Position numbers and translations under genes: made by a program. Below are positions 34,903-47,116 of a stretch of DNA of 64,000 bases, in pieces. The notes beneath the pieces were generated by a model. The model did no database searches. It worked only from the letters and a program-made list of their open reading frames with translations, and was not told the DNA's origin. This DNA comes from Carcharhinus amblyrhynchos (lineage: Eukaryota). The stretch covers positions 37,820,001-37,884,000 of the forward strand of contig OZ336885.1 of the NCBI GenBank assembly GCA_965287045.1, written 5' to 3'. The first letter of the stretch is position 1. Each line of letters begins with the position of its first letter.

Positions 34903-35259
34903 CATTCAGATTCAACATTTTTCTGTTTGACATCAGATGGATCTGCTTTTGACTAGATGAATGACAGTTAGGGGTCAGAGATGCAATTCTTCTGGTGGCC
35001 AGGAGTTCACAGAATCATAGAATGGTTACAGCATAGAAGAAGGCCATTCAACCCATCGGGTGGGATTTTCTATCTATCCCTGCGCATGTTTTGCATTGGT
35101 GGAGATGGTCCGCCATTGGCTGGCGGCAGGATTTTCTGGTCCTTCTGCAGTCAAAGGGGTTTCCCATTGTTCATTCCCTCCACTGTCAGGGAACCCAGAG
35201 CAGGGGCTTACCATCATTGGGACTGGATTATCCTGCCAACGGGAATGGCCAGAACATCC

Positions 35260-35450
35260 CGCTGCATGGTCAATCCACCTAACTTGCATATCTTTGGATT
35301 ATGGGAGGAAACTGGAGCACCTGGAGGAAACCCATGCAGATACAGGGAGAACGTACAAACCCCACATGGACAGTAACCCAAGGCTGGAATTGAACTTGAG
35401 TGCCTGGCGCTGTGAGGCAGCAGTGCTAACCACTGTGCTATCATGTCGCC
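35260..35450 (-). mobile_element. V-SINE 5' half
   Basis: Reverse-complement V-domain and tRNA head. Confidence 0.75.
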
Positions 35451-35619
35451 CTTTCAGTAGTGCTACCTCTGAGTGGAGGTCCACTCACATGGCTGGAGTT
35501 TTGCCTCCTTGCCCACCCTGAAATCATGGCAGGTGAGGCTTGCCAAACAGAAATCTCCATTGGCCTCAGGTGGGATCTTACTATCTCAGCCAAGCAAGGT
35601 CATAAAATCCCGTCTTATG

Positions 35620-38100
35620 TCTCCCAACCCAAACTCTAATTGGATCCCTCCTGCAATTGCTCTATAAAGTCACTTGAAATGATCAGTTTTCTTGTGCACC
35701 ATGATGTACCAATTTCTCTGGATGTGTTCAGGATTGTGTGGAAGCCCCCTGTATGCCACAGGAATTCAACAGGGTGGCTTCCTGCCTTGCTGTTCACTAG
35801 GGGTTGTCTTACACTATCCCACTTCGCGTTACATACTCAAATTGGTGAGGTCTAACACCACCATATCCTCGGACCTGTGTCCAGCTGACGCTACAGGGAG
35901 AAGAGGCTTCTGGTCTCTCTTATTGGTCCCTCTCGTGGCAGGGGCCAATAGCCCTGTTCCAGTGCCTGTCCCTTCAAATGCAGGTGGGCTTCTCTGCAGT
36001 TTCAGGCCACAATTGTAACAGCTCACCTGCTGTTGTCTAGGGTTTTCCTGGGACTGACCTCTGATTCTTCCTGAGGGAGGAGCACATGGAGGCAGGAATC
36101 CTCCATAATTATTTGATTTGATTTGATTTATTATTGCCACATCTATTAGTATACAGTGAAAAGCATTGTTTCTTGCATGCTATATAGACAAAGCATACTG
36201 TACACAGAGAAGGAAAGGAGAGAGTGCAGAATATAGTGTTACAATCATAGCTAGGGTTTAGAGAAAGACAAACTTAATGTGAGGTTGGTGATCTGGATGC
36301 CTAGAACCTTGAAGCTTTCGATCATTTCTATTTCATCCCTGTTGATGTAGACATATCCCCAAAGGCTCCAGTGAAATGAGTCTATTGATGGATAGCTGTT
36401 AAGTGTTCTTTTTTCCTGCCTGCATTTGTTTTACCCCCACATCAGGTCTGCCCTATTGTAATCAACCGTTATTTGGGTCACTGCTATCATGTCCTGTAGA
36501 AGTCCCTCCTCAATGTTCTGAGGATCAGGTAAGGCAGAAAGGACCACGGCACTCAAGCACATTAACATTAATTTTATTTCTTCCACAAGTCAAGCCCGCA
36601 TAGAACCCTTTGTTGGTCAGTATTCTCAATGGATGTATGGTCGTCAGCAGTGAGCTCAATCGTGGGGATCTTTTTCGCTATCACAGCCAAATGTGCTACC
36701 CTGAATGGGGTTACATCGCTAATATGATTGGAACAACTCTGACCGTCCTGACAGCTGGTCATCAAAGGATTCATCAGGAAGGAAAGGTCAGTGGTGGGGG
36801 GGGAGGGGGGCAGGGTGGTGGGAGGGGGCAATAGTTGTAATTCCTCTGGGAAGGTGGGTTGAGGTTCCCAGTCTTTGCCATGCTTGGTGTACCTACGGGT
36901 TTCCTTCTCCATATCTCACCATTTCCCATAATCACTATCTCATTCTGACTCGACTGTCTCGAACACGCATATCATCCATTTCTAATAATGACAGCTGGAA
37001 TTTTAATTTATCGATCTCACGCTGCCATTTTGACTGGTCCGCACTGTGGCCATTGTTACATTTGTCTGCATGGTGCAGGCCTTTAGCTGCAGCCTGGAAA
37101 TTTTTCGTCAGCTCGGGCACAGCTTTTTTGGGTAGCATCCCAGTCGCGGGTAACACACTGCACTTCCTTCTATGCCTTTTCGCATTGGGTCTGAAACTGG
37201 CCCATGTGCACCCAGATTTGCCTGACCTCTCTGCTCCTGCTCTATCATCATCACTCTCATTTTTTTCCTATTTCCTACTTCATATTCTGCAACTCTCCCC
37301 TCAACTTTGTATTATTTTCTTTGACTTTTGAATTCTCCACTTCCTTTCCACGGCGGGGTTCGGCTTCTGAGCAGCTTTTGATCACTTTTTAATCAAGACC
37401 ATCTAGCCACACCAAATGATTAAAGTTTATTTATTAGTGTCACAAGTAGGCTTACATTAACACTGAAATTAAATCCCCTAGACACCACACCCCGGTGCCT
37501 GTTTGGATACACTAAGGGAGAATATAGCATGGCCAATCCGCCTAACCAGCACATCTTTTAGATTGTGGGAGGAAACCAGAGCACCCGGAGAAAATGCACG
37601 CAGACACGGGGAGAATGTGCAGACTCCGCACAGATAGTGAACCAGGCCATAAATCGAACCGCTAACCACTGTGCAACTATGCCACCCAAATAAGACATTC
37701 GACTAGTTTGCATTAAAACTCATTTACCCAAATGGCCTTACTCTTGAGACAAACAAAGAACAGGAGTCGATTTGTGGTTTAACAAATCCTTATTATTCAA
37801 ATGCTTATGAAAACAACTCAATTCCCACAATAACAATATTTTATGCTATCTGTCTGAGATTTCTGACACTACCCAAGTCGATGAACTTGACCTAGCTGCC
37901 GAGTCCAGACCACTGAACATTGTCATCTCTCAAATTCAAGGTCTCCTTTGCGAAGGTTGGACTCGCGTGTCCTCTTCTGTTGTCACTGAGTCTCAACTTA
38001 GCCTTCACTGTAGGTTGAGTCTTCATTGGTGGTCGAGTCTTCACTGGGGGTAGTCTCCAGGTGTTTCCCCCGCTTCATGTCCATTTGGAAGGTTCTCTGG
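35620..38100 (-). mobile_element. Decayed LTR retroelement/ERV internal region (leader, gag, protease), interrupted by a LINE tail (36108-36350) and a SINE (37418-37688)
   Basis: The minus strand gives coiled-coil and Pro-rich gag-like ORFs, a degenerate knuckle VSCYNCG, then RQPLVNSKAGSHPVEFLWHTGG (aspartic protease motif with D>H) at ~35744-35810. Confidence 0.6.
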
Positions 38101-38104
38101 CTTA

Positions 38105-38911
38105 CATAAGAACATAAGAACTAGGAGCAGGAGTAGCCATCTGGCCCTTCGAATCTGCTCCGCCATTCAATAAGATCATAGCTGTTCTTTTCGTGGACTC
38201 AGATCCACTTACCCACCCACTCACCATAACCCTTAATTCCTTTACTGTTCAAAAATTTATCTATCCTTGCCTTAAAAATATTCAACGAGGTAGCCGCAAC
38301 TGCTTCGCTGGGCAAGAAATTCCACAGATTCACAACCCTTTGTATGAAGAAGTTCCTCCTCAACTAAGTCCTAAATCTGCTCCCCCTTATTTTGAGGCCA
38401 TGCCTCCCAGTTCTACTTTCACCCGCCAGTGGAAACAACTTCCTTGCTTCTATCTTATCTATTCCCTTCGTAATCTTATATGTTTCTATAAGATCTCCTC
38501 TCACGCTTCCGAATTCCAATGGGTATAGACCCAGTCTACTCAGTCTCTCCTCATTGGCCAACCCTATCAACTCTGGAATCAACCTAGTGAATCTCCTCTG
38601 TACCCCCTCCAGTGCCAGTATATCCTTTCTCAAGTAAGGAGACCAAAACTGTACATCGTACTCAGGTATGGCCTCACAGCATCTTACACAGCTGCAACAT
38701 AACCTCGCTGTTTTTAAACTCCATCCCTCGAGCAATGAAGGACAAAATTCCATTTGCCTTCTTAATTACATGCTGCACCTGCAAACCAACTTTTTGCGAT
38801 TCATACATTAGGACACCCAGGTCCTTCTGCACAGCAACATGCTGTAGTTTTTTTACTATTTAAATAATAGTCTGTTGTAATTCCTATCAAAATGGATTAC
38901 CTCACATTTAC
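38105..38911 (-). mobile_element. CR1/HER1-type LINE, 3' fragment
   Basis: ORF 38364-38753 (QFWSPYLRKDILALEGVQRRFTRLIP...RGDLIETYKI) and an (acataaga)n tail. Confidence 0.92.
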
Positions 38912-39039
38912 TTCAGCATATCCGCCTTGTTGACCAACAAGGGGCCTACACGCGGTGGGTAGTGCGAGGGCTGCTCTTGGATGTTGCTTTGAGAGTTGCC
39001 TAGTGCTTCACTTCGTTAGTGTACGCTTAAACTGGACCA

Positions 39040-39365
39040 TCTGGCGGGCAACATGACAGCTCAGTGACTATCATTGTTTGCTATGCAGATACATGGATTT
39101 GGGCTGGTGTCTGCGGGAGTTTGCATGTTCTCCCCATGATTGCGTGGGTTTTCTCTGGGTGATCCAGTTTCCTCCCACATCCCAAAAACATGCTCTTAGG
39201 CTGATTGGTGTAACAAATCGTACCTAAATTAGTCTTCCCTCAATCTTCCCCAATAGGTGTAGACAAAGGTCATGGGTAGAGGAGGGCACTTATACTGTTA
39301 AAATGGCGGCGCGGGCTCGATGGGCCGAAGGGCCTGTTTCCCTTGCTGTGTTGTTCTTTGTTCTT
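39040..39365 (+). mobile_element. V-SINE with a CR1-like tail (tail also at ~2898-2998)
   Basis: ggagtttgcatgttctcccc V-domain; gggccgaagggcctgtttccc tail. Confidence 0.75.
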
Positions 39366-40139
39366 ATATGAGGTTACTAGGTTTTGGGGGATGGGGGCTG
39401 GGGGGGTGGGGGACGGGGTGCGAAAGGGTGGGTAAGGTTGGGGGAGCATCATGGCACTCTGTGGATTTGCTGATTCCAGAAATGGAAGGCAGCAGGTCTC
39501 TGAGGTGTCCATTGTCAGGTGCATGGGGTGCACGTAGTCTTTCCATATTAGGTACGATGAGAATCTCAGGTGCCAGAGAGTGTGTCCAAAACTGGGGAAC
39601 ACACAAATACTGGCCTTATTTTGTCAAGGCTGAGCACTTCTGGTTCCAACTCCAGGATAAGTCCAGGCTTACCTTGCTCACCTCCGACCTGTGGTTGTGT
39701 TTAAACTTGGCCCATCTGAATTCCCATCAGAACTGACTGCTGTTTAATTTTGATTGTCCAATTCTGTGTCGGGCCTAGTTGTTCAGAACGTTGGCCACAC
39801 CAAGTTACCTTAACTATCGGGTAACTTCTACATTATTTGAAGTTAACTGCCGTGACTGTTCAACTGGTAAGTGCATTGTCCAGTCATGAATTAAACCATA
39901 CATGCTAGGAAGTTCCCTGTCTGGTCTGCCACTCTGTATGAAGTGGCATGTTCCATGGCAGCAGGCACTATAGTTAGGCAAGGGATAGAGAACATCAGCG
40001 ATTATTGGCATTTCTGATCATGATTTAGTGGTCCTTTCTGGAAAATATGTCTATATGGAGATTGGGCAATTGGATGTAGTTTGGCAGTGAGGTCCACCAC
40101 TATTACATAGTCCACTCATCAGCTAAGACCACACGTAAG

Positions 40140-42510
40140 TCATAGATTCATAGAATCATCACAGCCCAGACAGAGGCTATTCAACCCATCATATTTGTGC
40201 TGGCTCTCTGCAAGAGCAATCCAACTCGTGCCTCTTCCCATTCTTCCTACCGTGCATCAGTTCACGATTTTCTGCATTTATATTAATTTGCCAAGTTGTT
40301 CACCTATTCCACCAGCCTGTCTATGTCTCTTTCGAGTCTGTCTCAATCTTTCTCACAACATCCAAGTTTAAATCATTAATATATTTTAAAAAAGGATTGG
40401 TCCTTGTACCAGCCTCTCAGGAAGCCCACTGAATACTTTCCTCTAGTCTCAAAAATAACAACTTGCCATAATTCTGTTTCCTATCACTCAGCTAATTTTT
40501 TATCCTTGCTGCCACTATCCATTTGCTCCATGGGCTTTGAGCTTGCTGATATGCCTGTTATCTGGCCCTTCTTCAAACAGCTTTTAGAAGGCCAAATACA
40601 CTGCATCATACACTTTACCCTCATGAACCATTTTGATTACTTCATCAAAGACCTTAATCAACTTGAGATGATTTGCTTTTAATAAATCCATGCTAGCTCA
40701 AATTCATTTACACTCATCAAAGTGACTAGTAATTTTGTCCCGGGTTATCACTGTGAAAAGTTTTCCCATCACCAGCGTTAAACTGTTTGGTTTGTGATAG
40801 CTGGGCTTACCCGACACCATTTTTTGAACAAGGGTGTGATCCTTGCAAATTCCCACTGCTTCCCACCACACCTGTCTAGAAGGAGAACTGCATAATTATG
40901 ACCAGAAACACAGCAATATTTTTCTTATTCTTTCATGGGATATAGAAGACCAGCATTTGTTACCCATCCCTAATTGCCCTTGAAATGAACAGCTTATCGG
41001 GCCATTTCAGAGTGCAATTAAGATTCCACCACTTTGCTGTGTGATTTGAACAGATGTCCCCAGAGCATCAGAAAAGAACAGTATCCTTACTACTACTGTC
41101 CCTATGTTTCATGGGCTTCAAGTTAGCTGCCCCTTCACCAAACAGCAACCCTTTTGGATAACTTATCAAAGATCTTAGTCAACTTGAGATGATTTGCTTT
41201 GAATAAGAAAATTACTTATGTTATTAAATTTGTATATTAACAAGTTACTTGTCCAGTGACATTACCACCATGCCACCATCTCGCTAACTTCCCACCCTCA
41301 CTTTCCTCAGCATTCCATCCGGTCCTAGCCACTTAATAATTTCAAGTACTGCCAGCCTTTTGAAACATCCTCTTTGTCAATTTTTAGTCTATCCAGCATT
41401 TCAATTACCTCCTCTTTCACTATCGTTTTGGCAGCATCTTCTTTCTTGGAAAAACTCATTTAGTACCTCAGTCATATCCTGAGATTCCAGGTGAAGATCC
41501 CCTTTTTGATCTCTAATTGACCCTATCCCCATCCTGTAACTATTTATAGAGAAGATTTTTTGAGTCCTTTCCGCGTTAGGTGTCAGTCTGTTCTCTCTTT
41601 GCTTCTTGCTCTTCCTTCCTCACTTCCCATTTGAACTCTCTATATTCATACTGGTTCCACTTGTGTTACAAACTTAACACATCTGTTCCCTCCTTTGTTC
41701 TCCAATAGAATCTAACAAAATGATAGCTGGTAGCCTATGAGATTGGAGGTACATCGAGCTCCACAAGAATATATTAGATGCCCATGCCAGGCAGATGGCA
41801 TAGTTGCTTGCTAAGTTTTAAATTAAAAAAAACGCACAACTGACCCCTCTGTTTAAGCAGCTGATAGGATTATTACCATGGTAGGTTTGGACAAGGTGAT
41901 GGGGGTGGAGGTGGCACTTGCATATAGATGGACACTGAAAGTTTCAGGCAGCATAGGCAAATGAACATTGGGTGTACCCAAAGTGGTGCAAGTTCCTGCT
42001 TAGAAATACTGATGATATGTCAGTCTTGCTGGTGGGATCAGCACTGCATGATATAGTTGGACACAATTTCTCCATAGCCACTGGAATCATGTCCAAAGAA
42101 TATTGGGGCCAATAGATCATTAAATGCTTGAGGAGATCATTGCTGTAAGCACGTGACACTACAAACATGCAAAATGTTACTACTAAATTCAGGAACACTG
42201 ACTATCTTAATTCTGGGAAGGCTTTACATCAGCACCATTCTCCTGCCTTTTTCACACAGCCCTTTAACTTTTTCCTTGAGATAATGATCCAGTTCTCTTC
42301 TGAAAGCATCGATTGAACCTATCTCCACTACACTCTCAGCCAACGCATTCCAGACCCCAACCACTCGCTGCATAAAAAATTATTTCCTCGTGGCGTCATT
42401 GATCCTTTTGCCAATCACTTTAAATCAGGATCCTTTGGTTCTTGATACTTCTATCAATGGAAATAGTTTCACCACGCCTATTCTGCCCAGACCGCTCATT
42501 ATTTGTACAA
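40140..42510 (-). mobile_element. Heavily decayed CR1-type LINE fragments with a SINE insertion
   Basis: catagaatc tail at ~40148, RT-like remnants, and a further CR1 3' piece at 42230-42510. Confidence 0.5.
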
Positions 42511-43589
42511 AGTGCCAGAGGGTGGCTGGCAATTATAGAATAAAACCCAACCAGACTTGATACTCAGTTGAGAGGGGGAAAACAATTTATCTCCCAAATC
42601 ATCACACAGACAGTGGTTTAGTATTCTGAATCAGTACATCAAACTCTGTAGCATGAAACTCTGCGTGTTCAAATTCCTACTGAGAAATAACCCATTCCCA
42701 GGTTGGAGAAATGGAGGTCTTGGAGCAGAGATGACTTGATACTCACCAACAAAGAGAGGCCTAACGACAGTGAAATTGTTAGGTTACTCTTACTCATATG
42801 CTACTGACTGGATGAAGAGGAGTCATATCAAAAGCAGGGAACTGAAATCCACTTTTCTCCTGAAATGATGGGTAAGGAAAGCAGACGTTAACAAAGGTGA
42901 TGAAAGTATTATACTTCAGAACCGTGACAAAATAACATGTTATCATGTTTTAAAAACTGCTGTTATATGACTGCAGTTGTATGTTTTCCTAGAGACTACT
43001 ACAGGAGAACTTCAGTCTTTGCAAAAAAAAATGTTATTGGGAAACCCAAATACATGTCATGGGGTTCAAACAATGGTAAAAGTTCAATGTTCCCATGGTT
43101 ATAATGTAAGACAGCAATGGACATTTAAGTTCCTTGAATGACCTTGTCCTTGTTGAACTATAAAATTAACAGAATAAACTGAAACTGGTTTGGTTTATCT
43201 AAGAGCTCAAACTCCATGACGTGCTCATCCCTCCTACATTACAAGTATCCTGTAAATAAAGATATGAAACGATATCATAGTACTGCAGCTTATCAGTGAT
43301 TTTTCTTAGTAAGCACCCCTTAAACTTAGGTAGGAAAGAATTTATGACTGTGTTGAATTCATAAAGAGGGACGTGAATTTGCAATGTCCTATTGGTAGCC
43401 CTTGTGTATGAAATCTAAATTATCATGACATGTTCTTCTAACAATTATGGTGAAAGTACACACCTTTCAAACTCATAAACATGTCAGACAATGTTACAGA
43501 GTACTCAGGATGACTCGTCATGTTAAGTCATATTAGTTTGAATCAGTAGCAGAAATGTTACATCTGAGTGATATATTAGGACCTACTCC

Positions 43590-44050
43590 AGGACTTTCTT
43601 CTTCTGCACCTGCTTTAGTTTAAGTACATGATCTAAGCTATTATTACAAAATCAAAGGAGTGCTGCACTGTTGGAGATAGTGGCTGGAATTTTACCATCT
43701 TACCCACCCCAGACTTGGGGCAGATGAGGCTCACAGAATGGCATTCTCCATTGCGGGATCAGGCGAGGCTGTAAAATTCCAACAGGTGTATTTTGGAGGC
43801 AGTGTTAAACTGAAAAGTTATCTGCCTGTTTAGCTGGGTGTAGAATTCCCACATCACAATTTGTCTGCCTGTTTAGCTGGGTGTAGAATTTCCACATCAC
43901 AATTTGTCTGCCTGTTTAGCTGGGTGTAGAATTCCCACATCACAATTTGTCTGCCTGTTTAGCTGGGTGTAGAATTCCCACATCACAATTTGTCTGCCTG
44001 TTTAGCTGGGTGTAGAATTCCCACATCACAATTTGAACAAGAGTTACAGG
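43590..44050 (+). mobile_element. Deu-domain SINE carrying a MITE insertion (43682-43782) and an internal tandem amplification
   Basis: ggagtgctgcactgttggag...gtgttaaactga...tctgcctg...gaacaagag follows the Deu consensus. Confidence 0.55.
43821..44035. repeat. 43-bp tandem repeat x5 (tctgcctgtttagctgggtgtagaattcccacatcacaatttg)
   Basis: Units start at 43821, 43864, 43907, 43950 and 43993; one substitution in copy 2; no spacers. Confidence 0.97.
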
Positions 44051-44869
44051 AGTCTAATGGTTCTGCTAATGGACTTATGATCCAGAGACAAAGGCTTTAA
44101 ACCCTGCCATGGTAAATTCTGAAATTAAATAAATCAGGTCAATTGTGTGTGTATTCTATCTTCAAACCCTAGATACAGTTAGCATTGACACACCAACCCT
44201 GTCTCACTCAGGTCATGTTACTCTTGATGGCTTTCCAGAATTTCTTTTCAATAACGTAACCTATAGTTACAGACCTGATTATCTGATACAAACTCCCAGC
44301 TCTTTCACATGCCTGAGCTTTTTAGGATTCAGTCTCTTTTATGTCACTCATACATTGCTTCTGTAAGATCTTCCAGAATTCTGGTTTTCTTCTTACTGCC
44401 AAACAGAAAAGTAACATTTTTGTAGAGTTTTGCTGGTTTCTCTTCACACAAATTTTATGTTCCCCTTTCTGCTCAGTCTGTTTTCTCTTTGTGTTTGAAC
44501 CTATATACTTATTGCCTTCAACCTCCAACTCTCTCCTGTTTGTAACTTTACTTTGTGTCTGGTCATGTGCATCTTTGTTAACTTCCTTCCTGTTAGTACT
44601 ACTTCCAGGTCAGGGTTCATCTAGCCATGTAGACTAGTATGTATTGTAAAAAGCATTGCAATGGACCTCTTCACCTTAATGTAAACTCTTCAAAAGTCCT
44701 ATTTGAACATTCTTAAAATCACTTAGATTCCACAGACATTTTAAAGAAATTATAAATTTTCCTTACCATACTGCTTCCAGATCAAAGGCCATTGGCGTGC
44801 CCAAATCAAAGAACAGCAAGGCCATCTCTAATCATAGGTATTAACCAACATTTCAGTTTCTCCATTACC

Positions 44870-45750
44870 AGTCACGAATATGTCCTGCATCATTGTCAGA
44901 ATAGATCCACCAGAGCTGGAGGCATCGTGGTATATAATTGGTTTGACATGCCTTTGGGAATACTCAACATTGATTACAGATCCCATGGATTCTCTTGACA
45001 TCATATCAAACAAGGCAAGAAAAGATGCCCTCCTAACTATCTCATTCCGCATGCCTCCCCATGCCCATCTCACCCTCATCTGATTAATCAATACTTGATC
45101 ATATGGAGCATCACTTGGAAAAAGAACTGCCAGAAGAAGCAAGAGCACTAAATGAACGCTGGATGGGAGATTTCAATGCTCATCATCCAGAGTTACTCAT
45201 TCTGACCAAAACCTGAAGGGACGCCAATCAAGGCCTGCACCAGGGCCTGACGGAACTAACAAAAGGGTATAATCTACTTGTGCACCAATCCAGTTGTTCC
45301 AGGTATGTCTGTACTCAATAGAGCTGATATTAAACTAATATAAGTAGTCATCTTATCCTTTGGAACAAAGTAGTTTTATCTTCACATCAAGAACAAGCTC
45401 CTTTATGCACTTTGTAGTGCTAAGTCAGATTGACTAAGAATAAATGTTATAGCACAGAACCAGTTATTTGTGATGCAGTATGAGCCCACAACAACAGCAG
45501 AGTTGTATACCATCATAATCTGTAATGTCATACCCAATCGCATTTCTTAATTCTCCATCATTAGCAATTTGGGAGATCAACCCAGTTCAGTCTGGAATGT
45601 AGAAGGGAATAGAATCAAACATACCTTAGAACAAGGCACAAACCCAGTCAAGCTACACACAGGGCTACCTGCATGTTAGACAGTAAAGATAGCAGATTAT
45701 AGACAAAGCTAAATGGCCTCATAACCATCTGAGATCAACAGATTCAACAA
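44870..45750 (+). mobile_element. Decayed LINE, endonuclease region
   Basis: Encodes WMGDFNAHH at ~45160-45186 (APE endonuclease motif). Confidence 0.55.
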
Positions 45751-46284
45751 TTAGATGTGAAGCCTAGGATCTTTCTGGACTTAAGTTAGGCACTGAAAAC
45801 ATTTGTCATAACAGGGGTAGCAAGTTCTCCAGATGTTAAAGAGTGCAGACAGGTGAAGTGCAGTTATGAAAAAAATAGCTTACAGAATTCAGGGACAGGA
45901 CAGCTCTTCCAAAAATCTCATGATGTTCTCAAATAATCACAATCAGGTCAACAACCTTATCGCATTTGGAAGTGAGCTGGTAATTGGTTATCTACAGTCA
46001 CTCCTCTTCTTCCTTTGAGCTTTTGCCATATTTTTTCTACTCAGTAGCATTTTGTATACATCAGCAAAAGAACTCAGTGGCTCAAAGTTGCTGATGTGTT
46101 CTTGATGCAATAATATGCAATGGATCTGCAATTATTAGTGAACATCACATTTCTACATAATTTGTCGCCTTGATAAAATACTTAAGTTCTTCATCATCAG
46201 AAGGCAATTTTGCAACGTCAAACATGTTTTCTTTGGGATTAGTTTGCAAAATAATTTACATAATAAACATCTGTTTAAAATATC

Positions 46285-47115
46285 TATTTTCTTTTATTCA
46301 TTCAATGCATGTGAGTGGTAGTGGGTTGCTTTCTTGAAATGTTGCTATTCACTGGTGTATGTATACCCACAATACTGTTAGGAAGGATGTTCCATGGTTT
46401 CAACCCAGCAACAGGAAAGAAATGACAATATAGGTCTATTAATTAGGACGATGGGTGACTTGGTAGGGGAATTTCCAGGAGCTGGTGTTTCCAGGTTTCT
46501 GCTGCGCTGTTCCTTCTAGGTGATAGAGGTTGGGGACATGGAATGTACTGCCAAAGGATGCCAGGTAAATTGTCACAGTGCATTTTTTAGTTCCTGCACG
46601 CTGCTGCCACGCGGCACTTGTGATGGAAAGGGTAGATATTTAGGGTGGTGAATGGGGTGTTGATATGCTTTGCCCTGGATGGTGTCGAGCTTCTGACAGG
46701 TTCTTTGATACTGCACTCATCCAGGCAAGTGAAGAGTATTCCACCATACTGCTGACTTGTACCTTATAGATGACAGGTTTTGGAGGGTTTCCAGAATTTA
46801 CATTCAGGATATTGACGGTGGGAGATCCAGTGATCATAATGTCATTAAACATCAAGTGGAGATGATTTAATTCTCTCTTATAGGAGATGGTCATTTCCTG
46901 GAATTTTTCAGCTATAGCCTGAATGTTGTTCAGGATTGCTGCATATGAGTACAGACTCCTTCAACGTGAGGTGAGTTTGAATGGTGCTGAACAATGTGCA
47001 ACTAGAGCAAACATCCCTACTTCTGATCTTATGTTGGAGGAAAGATCACTGATAAAGCAGCTGAAGGTGGTTGGGACAAGGAACTTCTGTAGTGATATTC
47101 TGGGATTTAAACAAT
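46285..47115 (-). mobile_element. Host LINE, 3' part (continues at 51705-52190)
   Basis: Same 3' end as the copies at 20380 and 54415; RT remnant IYKVQVSSMVEYSSLAWM. Confidence 0.7.
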
Positions 47116-47116
47116 A

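Noticed and set aside
43821-44035. CRISPR-like array
   Set aside because: The units are head-to-tail with no unique spacers, there are no cas genes, and the context is vertebrate. It is a tandem repeat.
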